Below are positions 23,044 to 31,569 of a stretch of DNA of 64,000 nucleotides, piece after piece (within the stretch, counting starts at the first letter, position 1; each line of letters begins with the position of its first letter). Under the pieces are notes generated by a model. The model did not search any database. It was given only the letters and a program-made list of their open reading frames with translations, and had not been told where the DNA came from. The position numbers were made by a program, and so were the translations under genes. The stretch is from a virus (lineage: Duplodnaviria > Caudoviricetes). The stretch covers positions 128,001 through 192,000 of IMG/VR virus record IMGVR_UViG_3300028591_000074; one strand, written 5' to 3'.

Positions 23044-23585
23044 GTTTGACACCTATTGAATCCCATAGCTCAACAAAACTGTATTAACTGTCATGTTTTC
23101 TTCGCTTAGATTTGACACCTGTGTAATTCCGCAGTTCCTCAAAACTATAATGTATTACCCTTGAGTTTGACTATGTTTGATACCTATATAATTTTGCAGT
23201 CTGTCAAAACCGGTATCTCACCTAAGCCGTTTTCCACAGGTTTGATGCCTATGTAATCTCACAATCTAACAAAACCAAGATGTTCTTGTCGATGCCATCA
23301 AGGAAGTTTGACACCAATGTAATTTCGTAGTCCAACAAAACAGAAACTGATATATGAGAATCCCATGTATTAGTTTGACACCTGTGTAATTCCATAATCC
23401 ATCAAAACTTAGCGAATGTCTGTTCACTTTTGACACCTATGTAATCTCACAATCCAACAAAACAATGAATTGTGTTCTTTCATCTTGATTGTTGTTTGAC
23501 ACCAATGTAATTTCATAGTCTATCAAAATCTTCAGACAAATACCTAATAAGTTTGACACCTATACAATTTACAGTCCGACAAAAC
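23044..23585 (-). CRISPR. CRISPR array 2: nine degenerate 35-36-nt repeats, spacers 30/29/29/30/31/19/30/21 nt
   Basis: Repeats at 23044, 23110, 23175, 23240, 23306, 23373, 23428, 23494 and 23551; approximate consensus GTTTGACACCTRTGTAATYYCRYARTCYAWCAAAAC. Confidence 0.92.
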
Positions 23586-23697
23586 ATCAAATCACACATA
23601 TTCAGTTTTGACAGATCATATTTTACAAAGGCTTAGTGAGTGTGTTACGTGAATCATTTCAGATCACTACCTCACCATAAGGTCGTCAAATCGACCC
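23586..23697 (-). ncRNA. tracrRNA-like scaffold, copy 2
   Basis: Same two hairpins with compensatory changes; anti-repeat GCCTTTGTAAAATATGATCTGTCAAAAC. Confidence 0.8.
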
Positions 23698-23736
23698 CGT
23701 ATATTAAATTTTACGTTACGATTATATTTAGCATAA

Positions 23737-23812
23737 GTTTGATGTATTTGTAATTCCATACACCACCCGGGCCTGTAGTTTGATGTCCTTATAATTCCAT
23801 ACAGTTCAAATC
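23737..23812 (-). CRISPR. Two degenerate repeats (array 3 remnant)
   Basis: gtttgatgtatttgtaattccatac at 23737 and gtttgatgtccttataattccatac at 23778. Confidence 0.55.
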
Positions 23813-23838
23813 AAAAGTATAATCATCCAACCTTTTAT

Positions 23839-23961
23839 GTTTGACATCTATGCAATCACATATAGGATCGTTGATCCGTATGAAATTACAAAGGCTTGGT
23901 GAGTGTGTTACGGATAATTCTGAGACTATCCTACCTCACTTTACGGCTGTCAAATCAACCC
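23839..23961 (-). ncRNA. Fused scaffold+repeat (omegaRNA/sgRNA-like) overlapping the cas12f stop codon
   Basis: Scaffold copy 3 whose anti-repeat joins a repeat through GGATC-AAC-GATCC, ending ...AGATGTCAAAC. Confidence 0.75.
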
Positions 23962-25295
23962 ATTATTGTAATATTCTTTGCCTTGTTATAGGCATGACTG
24001 ATTGTTTTTCCACAATGAGGGCAAGTAAACGATACTTCCTGTGTCCATTCAAATACCTTCGGAATTACTTCTTCTGTACAGAATACTTCACCGCAAGAAC
24101 TGCATACATTCCGGACTGTCCGAAGAACATCTGTCTTTTTATCCTGCTTATCAGTCATCTTACTTGTTGTTACAACAATACCTTCACGTTCTGCCTTATA
24201 AGTAATGAACTGTACCAACTGGTAATAGGACCAATTCCGAAGAAGTACGGGGTAATCATCAAGATCTGACTTCGTTACATCTTCTACCACAATAGCGGAT
24301 ACCTTGTTATCTTTTGCAAACTCAACAACCATCTTACTAAGATTATGATTGTATGTCTGCACATAATTTTTCTCATAGGACTTATGTGTTTCAAGTTTTG
24401 CTAACTTCTTCCCACGACCATGCCCACCATTGGAATACTTCAAAGCTCTCTGAAGATTCTCAAAGTGGATCTGAATATCTTTTCGTTTTGCTACAAGATC
24501 ATTCTTTATTGATCCGCCAATCTCATGTTCATCATCATCTGTAGAAAGTGCGGCAACAAGACATTTATCATATCCAAGTGCAAGCCCCATAATCTTTCCA
24601 TGCTCTGGGATATATTCTTCTGCATCACGCTCAATCTTGACAGACAGATTAAATATAATCTTACCCTTGTTCGTAATCTGAATCGTGCTACCGCAGACTT
24701 TATAATGTTCCGGATCAGTTACAATAGATTCCAAAAGTGACGGAAGGAACTTGTCCGGACCCTTATTCTTACCTGCACCAAGATACAGTTTGAAATGGAT
24801 TCCGTTTACAAACTTAAAGAAGTAGGCATTTACGGTATTTTCCGTTCCATCATCCGTAGTGTAGGTATCATCCCCGGTATAAATAGTAATGAACCTGCTT
24901 GGAACCATAAGTGGGAAATCTCTTTTATAAAATGGTAGATTCCGTTCACCCTTTGCAAGACCATTCTTCAAAGCTGTGGAAAAGTCCTGTTTTACTTTCA
25001 TACCACAGTTCCCGGCCATACCCAAACCCTTCGCCTGTTTCATATCATGTATGGCAGTATTTGTATTACGGAATATCATCTTCATTTCTTCCTTGAAGTT
25101 AGGATCATTGAAGTTCTTATCATACTTATAGTATAAGCACCCAACCTGTGACATGTAAGTATTCAAGATACAATACTGATTATAAATCCCGTCACGAAGG
25201 TACTGATATACTCTATCTCGTTCTTCTTTATCACCTACCGGGAATAACTGAATCTTCTTTGTTGTGATTGTAGTTGTTTTCTTCTGCATACCCAC
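23955..25295 (-). CDS. cas12f: Cas12f/TnpB-family effector, predicted nuclease-dead (dCas12f)
   Basis: 446 aa; LRNWSYYQLVQFITYKAEREGI helix and CSSCG/CPHCG Zn finger typical of clostridial Cas12f. RuvC-I MGLALG (D>A), RuvC-II VVEDV intact, RuvC-III SHAYNKAKNI (D>A). Likely ATG start at 25289. Confidence 0.88.
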   Translation of the reverse strand: MGMQKKTTTITTKKIQLFPVGDKEERDRVYQYLRDGIYNQYCILNTYMSQVGCLYYKYDKNFNDPNFKEEMKMIFRNTNTAIHDMKQAKGLGMAGNCGMKVKQDFSTALKNGLAKGERNLPFYKRDFPLMVPSRFITIYTGDDTYTTDDGTENTVNAYFFKFVNGIHFKLYLGAGKNKGPDKFLPSLLESIVTDPEHYKVCGSTIQITNKGKIIFNLSVKIERDAEEYIPEHGKIMGLALGYDKCLVAALSTDDDEHEIGGSIKNDLVAKRKDIQIHFENLQRALKYSNGGHGRGKKLAKLETHKSYEKNYVQTYNHNLSKMVVEFAKDNKVSAIVVEDVTKSDLDDYPVLLRNWSYYQLVQFITYKAEREGIVVTTSKMTDKQDKKTDVLRTVRNVCSSCGEVFCTEEVIPKVFEWTQEVSFTCPHCGKTISHAYNKAKNITIMG

Positions 25296-25338
25296 ATACT
25301 CCTGTACTTTTGATTTTCGTATGTTTCACGTTCCATGT

Positions 25339-25350
25339 ATTATAACGATT
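25339..25350 (-). promoter_or_regulatory. Phage promoter motif AATCGTTATAAT upstream of cas12f
   Basis: One of about 9 copies of the motif found upstream of minus-strand genes. Confidence 0.65.
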
Positions 25351-25381
25351 CTAAAATAAAAAATTCTAATCAAAATCACCA

Positions 25382-26233
25382 CTAAAAATTAGTTATCAAC
25401 ACTTCATCCAATCCAATATTTTCTGAACCCTCTGAACGATACCGCCAATGATTACTATAATTACCTAACTGAATCACATTGTACTTACTGCTCCAGTTAA
25501 TTAGCAAATCATTTGACTTTTCACCATGTTTTAATACATTAGACAATGCAAACTTGACATTTTTCTGATTTAAAGTATCAAGTATATTTAATAAATCAAT
25601 ATCATCCTGTTCCAACCAACCACCAAATCCACGTTTACCATCACTGTAAGATCCTAAAGTGATACTATATGGTGGGTCACAATATACAAGTGAATCAGAA
25701 GTTAAATCTGTAAAATCAAATTCCCTGAAATCTAAACTTGTTAATACATACTTCTTTTCCTTCAGAAGTTTTGAAAAGTCCATAAGATTTTTCGCAGCGG
25801 TTGACGTAAAACATTTTTTTCCAAAGGAGGTATTAAATTCCATAGAATTATTGAACCGGAGTACATTGTTAAATGCGTAGAATGATAAGACTAATAGTAG
25901 CATAGGTTCTTTTGTCTTATTATATTCATCGCGTAATTCCATATATCCATCAGCATTTGCTTTACTTAATTTGAATCGATCAATCGTAGAATTGATATCT
26001 TCAAATATTGTAGATGTTGGTGTAGTCATAATATAATTATAGACTTCAATGAGATATGTGATTCTATCATTTGCATAAATGATGTCAGCATCTACATTTA
26101 CTGCAACATTCATACCACCTGTAAATAAATCAACGAACTTATCAATATGTTTTGGAAAAACCGGAATAATCTTTCCAAGTATTTCAAACTTACTACCCAT
26201 ATAGTTTAATGGGGATTTTACAAAATCTAGCAT
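25382..26233 (-). CDS. dam: DNA adenine methyltransferase (D12/Dam class)
   Basis: SPLNYMGSK, DLFTGG SAM motif, RFN...FN, YCDPPY, EVLITN. Confidence 0.9.
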   Translation of the reverse strand: MLDFVKSPLNYMGSKFEILGKIIPVFPKHIDKFVDLFTGGMNVAVNVDADIIYANDRITYLIEVYNYIMTTPTSTIFEDINSTIDRFKLSKANADGYMELRDEYNKTKEPMLLLVLSFYAFNNVLRFNNSMEFNTSFGKKCFTSTAAKNLMDFSKLLKEKKYVLTSLDFREFDFTDLTSDSLVYCDPPYSITLGSYSDGKRGFGGWLEQDDIDLLNILDTLNQKNVKFALSNVLKHGEKSNDLLINWSSKYNVIQLGNYSNHWRYRSEGSENIGLDEVLITNF

Positions 26234-26422
26234 TATGTCCCCTAAATTATCACTTCTGCATTGTCAACAGAATAGGCCGCCCGGTTATTGTAGAAAGTTC
26301 TTGCAATATAGAATAGTATCGCTCAACATCTGATACTTCTTTCAGATCAATATGGGACATATCTATGACATTATCAGATTCACCATAAGATGGTTTAACC
26401 TGTCCCCCAACTAATTCCACGG

Positions 26423-26887
26423 TCATGTTCTTACCTCCTTATGTGTATCTGCATAATTTTTCAACCGACTCTCAATTTTATCAAGAATATGTTTACGATT
26501 TTCAACAGAATCCTGACTCCAAACAATGTTTTCTTCTTCATACTTCCGGTTCTCTGCAAATGTATTGATTGCCCAATCAAGGAACTGCGGCATCGGATGC
26601 TTTGAAATGCTATCAAACAAATCACCATAGCCGTAAAGATACTTAGCCCCTCTACTGAATGTATCTGCACGATTTACAAGGATTTCAAAATCAACTCCAT
26701 TCAAAGACATATCAATTAGTTCTACGATCAAGAATACATCTGAATAAGAAGCATCTTTATCGCTCATATGTTCAATGTAATTATCAATGAACGGAACAAG
26801 TTCTGTTTCTACATTCAGTTCCTCAATATCGTACATACGATCAAGCGCATTATCATTACAAAGTATTCCGGTGTCCCATGTTCCCAT
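26423..26887 (-). CDS. Hypothetical protein (MGTWDTGILCND.ALD N-terminus, DUF4259-like)
   Basis: N-terminal motif; GGGGG RBS. Confidence 0.45.
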   Translation of the reverse strand: MGTWDTGILCNDNALDRMYDIEELNVETELVPFIDNYIEHMSDKDASYSDVFLIVELIDMSLNGVDFEILVNRADTFSRGAKYLYGYGDLFDSISKHPMPQFLDWAINTFAENRKYEEENIVWSQDSVENRKHILDKIESRLKNYADTHKEVRT

Positions 26888-27344
26888 AACCAACCCCCCT
26901 AAATATGATTTATGATAAAATCTACAAGTATTATAACGATTCACATATCCTTTAACTGATGCTGCATATCGTCTATCTGACGAGCATCCCTTGGTGCATA
27001 ATTATTTGCAGGTCCAAATCCACCTTTACGTCTGTAGTTAGAATGACCTTTTCGAGTATTAGTTTTTGTACTTGTACCTTTACTCATTATAGCGTTCATC
27101 TCGTTGTTGTTTGCAAGTTTGCTGTAACAGTAATCTTTATCTAACCACCATTCCAACGCTCCAAGTAGATTTGATCTCTGTGCTATTTTCTTCTTTCTAC
27201 TGTTTCTTCGATCTTCACGTGTTCTCATACACAACCTCAATCTAATATATTGCTTAAACGTAACAACAGTTCAGCATCTTTACATACATATTATAACGAT
27301 TTACTGTTTCCAAATTGGTGTATCGTCATATGCTTTGAAATTAT

Positions 27345-28019
27345 CTAATCTAGATGTATCTTTGAAAACTTTTCTATATCTTGCGGATTATCTATATCGC
27401 AGGTGTAATCATTGATAGCAATGTAGTTATGATAATCAATCTTATTGATCGGTGTTCCTTTTACAACTTGCCAAAATTCCCAAGCAATTGGTCTCCGTCT
27501 AAACTTATTTTCATCAGCAAGTTTTCTACATTCTTCCTGTGCCTTTCGAAGATGGTTATGATTTACAACCTTAAATGCAAATGGTTCTGCGTATGGTTTC
27601 GGATAATTTTCAGCAAATGGTGGTGCAGATGCAAAGAATTCAATATCATCTGTATCTGTATTTACAATTGTTTCTATTGCATTCTTTGAGAAAACAACAT
27701 CACCCATAAGATAACAAGTAGGTTCATCTGTAGGGTAAAAAGCATCACACCAATATCCTGTAGATTTTCCAGGTCTAAGTACAACCCAACTATTTTTATG
27801 AACAAGTAGTGGTGCTCCTGCATCAATACATGGTTTAAAATGTTCGTAATTCGATTTTCCACTACTAATGCTTACAGATATATCAGTAACACCACATTCC
27901 TTTAAAAGTCGAATTGTTCTTAGTACAATCGGCTCACCATTCAGCGGAAGCATCTGTCTAGGTGTTCTCCAATGTTCATATATTCCACCGCACATGATAA
28001 TGTATTTATAGTTATGCAT
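27345..28019 (-). CDS. Nucleotidyltransferase/GT-A fold protein
   Basis: IIMCGG...PRQML...GEPIVLRT, GDV, DIDNPQD motifs. Confidence 0.75.
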   Translation of the reverse strand: MHNYKYIIMCGGIYEHWRTPRQMLPLNGEPIVLRTIRLLKECGVTDISVSISSGKSNYEHFKPCIDAGAPLLVHKNSWVVLRPGKSTGYWCDAFYPTDEPTCYLMGDVVFSKNAIETIVNTDTDDIEFFASAPPFAENYPKPYAEPFAFKVVNHNHLRKAQEECRKLADENKFRRRPIAWEFWQVVKGTPINKIDYHNYIAINDYTCDIDNPQDIEKFSKIHLD

Positions 28020-28049
28020 TTTTCAAAGTCTCCTTTAGTATGTTAGATA

Positions 28050-28553
28050 CTAATTTCCATAGAAATTTACAATATTTTTATCCCTACAAAATGATTCCAA
28101 ATTTTCAACAGTATGAATTTTATCAAGATCATCTGAATATTCATCATAAAAATCAAATTGTTTCACCATATCATCAAAATCAATAGTCCCAACAAAATAA
28201 TCCTCAACAGTACCATCATCAATCTGTTCATCCCACACAGCACAAAATAACACAAGATACCTTCTAAAAAAGTTCTTCATTTCCTGTACAGCTTTTGAAT
28301 CTACATGCTTGTCATCTTTTCCAGGAACAAATTCCCAATCATCGCAAAGTTTCAATGTACCAGTTGCACTAAATTTCATTCGATCTGGATTAAACACAGG
28401 TTTTACCCGTATAGTATGACCAGCATCTGCATTTGCTGAAAAGTAAAATGAAAATGGAAGTTTACCAGGATTCTTCACATATTTTCCACGAATATTAGAC
28501 ATGCACAATATTGCGTCTTGTTCATAAGTATCAGTTCTAAGTAGTTTCTTCAT
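28050..28553 (-). CDS. Hypothetical protein (possibly DUF4160/toxin-like)
   Basis: FYFS...H.IRVK pattern; directly downstream of an HTH gene. Confidence 0.35.
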   Translation of the reverse strand: MKKLLRTDTYEQDAILCMSNIRGKYVKNPGKLPFSFYFSANADAGHTIRVKPVFNPDRMKFSATGTLKLCDDWEFVPGKDDKHVDSKAVQEMKNFFRRYLVLFCAVWDEQIDDGTVEDYFVGTIDFDDMVKQFDFYDEYSDDLDKIHTVENLESFCRDKNIVNFYGN

Positions 28554-28558
28554 AGCAA

Positions 28559-28765
28559 TTATACCTCCAAATTATCGATGATATTAAAATCAATCCTCAC
28601 TAATCTGTTCAATATATACAAATAGCACTCAGGAATATTTCGTCTTCCCTGTTCCCAAGTCTGTACTTGTTGCGTAGATAGATGATATAACTTAGCAAAT
28701 TTTGCTTGGGATAATCCTGTAATTTGCCGTAATTCTTTAACTGTCAGCATCTGCATTATGTACAC
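28559..28765 (-). CDS. XRE-family HTH regulator
   Basis: LRQITGLSQAKFA...VQTWEQGRR; own TTGACA-N18-TATAAT promoter at ~28784-28813. Confidence 0.85.
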   Translation of the reverse strand: MYIMQMLTVKELRQITGLSQAKFAKLYHLSTQQVQTWEQGRRNIPECYLYILNRLVRIDFNIIDNLEV

Positions 28766-28858
28766 CGTCCTCTCTTACTATGTATTATACTACTGTGATA
28801 TACAATTTGTCAACCACAAAAATAAGACCATCGGATATTATCCAATGGTCTTATCTAC

Positions 28859-30238
28859 CTATGCATCAAATCTTGCAAGTGTATAATTCAATTCTGTATT
28901 AAACATATCTTTCATATCGATCAGACACTGTTGAAGTACGCCTTCGAAATTGCAGTAATATAAATCAATTGTACTAACAATGTTATAAATATCATCTTGA
29001 AGAATCTTAATTGCGGAATCTTCTGCGGAATAGAAGTTATAATCCTCCATAAAATATACTGGATGTGGTGCGTAATTAAACTGAGCAAAATGCTCAATGG
29101 AAAGCTGATCGATCATACCTCGCACTGTCCACATATAGGTGTCAGCAAGTGTTACAATCGCAGGATACTCTGCACCTTTTGCATTCCATGTGAGACTCAT
29201 ACTATCAAAGTATAGTGCATAAAGTGGTTTTAGTACCTTCATAATACAATCTGACATATCTGTGCAGAAACCATCACATGGATCTACATCATAACAATCA
29301 TCACCTACGCAAACCTCATAGGATGCAGGTGTCATTTCTGGAAGGGATGATACAAAGTCCGGTTCACCAACAATATCATTGATGATTTCATTTGTCTTAT
29401 CCACTTCATAAGGTGAATTAATGGACATCAATTGTAAATCAATTTCATCATCTGCAACTACTTTCTGCAATGTGAATGAAAGTTTCGTAGATGATTTAAT
29501 AAACTGCATATCTTCTACGGTACCATCTACACCGATTTTTTCTAAGAGTTTTTCAACTTCTTTTGCGGAAAACTTTTCAAATGCATCATCAACCAGTTTA
29601 CGGTAATCTTCTACTGACATATCTTCTGCGTTTAAAGATTCCTCATCAAATGCAAACTTCACACCACGATCTTTTACAGACTTTGTTTCATCTTCTGTAG
29701 ATTTAAGTTCAAAATCAAAGATAGCATAATCCGGTGCAATGGCATGTTCTACTGCATACAGACGATATGGATAATTTCCAGGTTTTGTACTTTCCTCAGG
29801 ATAATCCCCAGCCGGAAGAATCTCAATCGTTGCATCAAATTCACCAGTTTTAAGTTCTAATTCTTTTCCAGAATCAAGCATCTTCTTAATGGTATTATCA
29901 TCCAGATTCTCATTGATTGTATCCGTTAACTGATTTAAAATCTTCTTACCAACTTGAACAAGTGTCTGTAAAAGACTACCAGATTCAACAGGTTCTTTAT
30001 CATCTATATTTTCAGATGAATAAAATTCATCTGGATAGTTTTCACGCATATAGTCGGATTCATATTCATCATCTTGCCATGCAAAATTAAGTCGTTCCTC
30101 AAGATCAGCAATTTCCATAGCATAATCATCATAATCATACGGTTCAAGTTCACCGAGTTCTTTCTTCTTATGAAATTCTTCCTTTACTGCATCCAACCGC
30201 TTTTGAAGTTCATATGGATCTTCGTATTGTCTATACAT
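28859..30238 (-). CDS. Large acidic hypothetical protein, possible head/internal protein
   Basis: 459 aa; EPVESG motif shared with 42448-42819. Confidence 0.5.
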   Translation of the reverse strand: MYRQYEDPYELQKRLDAVKEEFHKKKELGELEPYDYDDYAMEIADLEERLNFAWQDDEYESDYMRENYPDEFYSSENIDDKEPVESGSLLQTLVQVGKKILNQLTDTINENLDDNTIKKMLDSGKELELKTGEFDATIEILPAGDYPEESTKPGNYPYRLYAVEHAIAPDYAIFDFELKSTEDETKSVKDRGVKFAFDEESLNAEDMSVEDYRKLVDDAFEKFSAKEVEKLLEKIGVDGTVEDMQFIKSSTKLSFTLQKVVADDEIDLQLMSINSPYEVDKTNEIINDIVGEPDFVSSLPEMTPASYEVCVGDDCYDVDPCDGFCTDMSDCIMKVLKPLYALYFDSMSLTWNAKGAEYPAIVTLADTYMWTVRGMIDQLSIEHFAQFNYAPHPVYFMEDYNFYSAEDSAIKILQDDIYNIVSTIDLYYCNFEGVLQQCLIDMKDMFNTELNYTLARFDA

Positions 30239-30281
30239 AGAAATATCCTCCGTTATCTATTATAACGATACAAATCTGAAA

Positions 30282-30316
30282 AACCCTTTGGATGATATTT
30301 CACCATCCAAAGGGTT
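30282..30316. terminator. Terminator hairpin
   Basis: aaccctttggatg...catccaaagggtt. Confidence 0.65.
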
Positions 30317-30349
30317 CATCCTTTACCAATCTATCAAATTGATTGTAGA

Positions 30350-30793
30350 CTATTTCTGCTTTGACTTTGGTACTACACGGATAGACTTGGAAGCCTTAAC
30401 CGGAGTAGCAGCCTTCTTAGTAACAATAGAACGACGAGATGCCATCGGCTTACGGGATGCAGAAACCGGACGACGTGCTTGCATAGGTCTGCGAGATGCT
30501 ACAGGTCTGCGAGATGCAGCTACAGTTCTCTTACCACGCATGTATCTGCTAGATGCTTCAAGAATCTCCTCATCACCTTCAGCAGTTACTTCGTACTCTT
30601 CGATATCCTCACCTGCTTCAGCATCACCAACTGCGAAAGTTACGGTGTCACCCTCAGCGGTTACTTCTACAACCTTATCGGTTACTTCTGCTACAAGATT
30701 TGCAACGTCCTCAGCTTCAAAAAGCAGGTCAGTAGCCTCGGGTGCTACTGCAACTTCTTCTTCAGCAACGATTCTACGCCTATTCTTATACAT
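30350..30793 (-). CDS. Acidic/basic bipartite protein with RRPVAS repeats; candidate head core/scaffold protein
   Basis: Acidic N-half, Arg-rich repetitive C-half; lies among head/neck genes. Confidence 0.55.
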   Translation of the reverse strand: MYKNRRRIVAEEEVAVAPEATDLLFEAEDVANLVAEVTDKVVEVTAEGDTVTFAVGDAEAGEDIEEYEVTAEGDEEILEASSRYMRGKRTVAASRRPVASRRPMQARRPVSASRKPMASRRSIVTKKAATPVKASKSIRVVPKSKQK

Positions 30794-30824
30794 ATCAGTT
30801 GTCTCCTTTTCTATCAGAATATTA

Positions 30825-31535
30825 TTAATTTAATGCAACGAATTTGTTTTTCCTTGCTTCAAGTTCTTCACGAATCTGCTCTAGTTCTGCATTTGCTTCG
30901 GAAAGTAATGCTTCACCATCCAGACTCACATTAGAACCTTCTACCTTATATTTAGACCTCGAACGACCCAATGCTTTTTTCATATTGGCTTCGCTCATAC
31001 GGATTAAATAATTGATCCAAGTCTCGTTCTTTATCTCAGATACATCCTGATAGTCAGGTACATATCGAACAGTTACTACTGAAGGACGTGGATCACGATG
31101 GGTTAGGTAAATCACTTGGTTATCTGGATCATACTTCCATTGGAAGTCGGTACTAAGTGTATTTCGTACCTGTGCCATCGCCATTTCAGTCATAATCGGA
31201 TCGATGTTAATGGAACTTGTGTTCCCTATAGCACTGTAAACATTTACAGCTGCGGCTACTTGAAATACATTTCCGCTATCAATAGAACTCATTGTCAATC
31301 CGATACGAGGATATGCAGCTTGAACATTTAATACATTTACAGTATGTATTCCAACAGACAATAAATCTATTCGTGTGCTAAACGGCACTGTCTTTTCCAC
31401 AGGCGTTTTCATGTATCGCTTCAGTTCCCTGAATGCAATCATTACAGCTTTTTCAACCTGCATTTCCTCAATGTTATCGTTAGCCGGAAAGCCAAGCATA
31501 AAACTTACCTGGTCGACTATCTCTTCCATTCGCAT
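30825..31535 (-). CDS. Neck/head-completion protein (T4 gp13-like)
   Basis: LGRSRSKY...LDGEALLSEA C-terminal motif. Confidence 0.65.
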   Translation of the reverse strand: MRMEEIVDQVSFMLGFPANDNIEEMQVEKAVMIAFRELKRYMKTPVEKTVPFSTRIDLLSVGIHTVNVLNVQAAYPRIGLTMSSIDSGNVFQVAAAVNVYSAIGNTSSINIDPIMTEMAMAQVRNTLSTDFQWKYDPDNQVIYLTHRDPRPSVVTVRYVPDYQDVSEIKNETWINYLIRMSEANMKKALGRSRSKYKVEGSNVSLDGEALLSEANAELEQIREELEARKNKFVALN

Positions 31536-31569
31536 GATGCTCGGCCTCCTATGCTAAAGATTTTTTAGA

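Noticed and set aside
23211-23239. Spacer translating as VENGLGEIP, reminiscent of type I HsdS LGEIP
   Set aside because: A five-residue resemblance cannot support an anti-restriction target without a database hit.
22531-23585. Type II (Cas9) system
   Set aside because: No cas9/cas1/cas2 in the window; scaffold position and the conserved repeat half fit the adjacent type V-like protein.
23841-24269. Plus-strand 142-aa ORF and many other antisense ORFs
   Set aside because: Shadows of real genes on the opposite strand; no RBS or motif support.
24974-24983. 10-nt match of an array-2 guide (CTGTGGAAAA) inside cas12f
   Set aside because: 5' flank AAG is not a T-rich PAM; likely coincidence.
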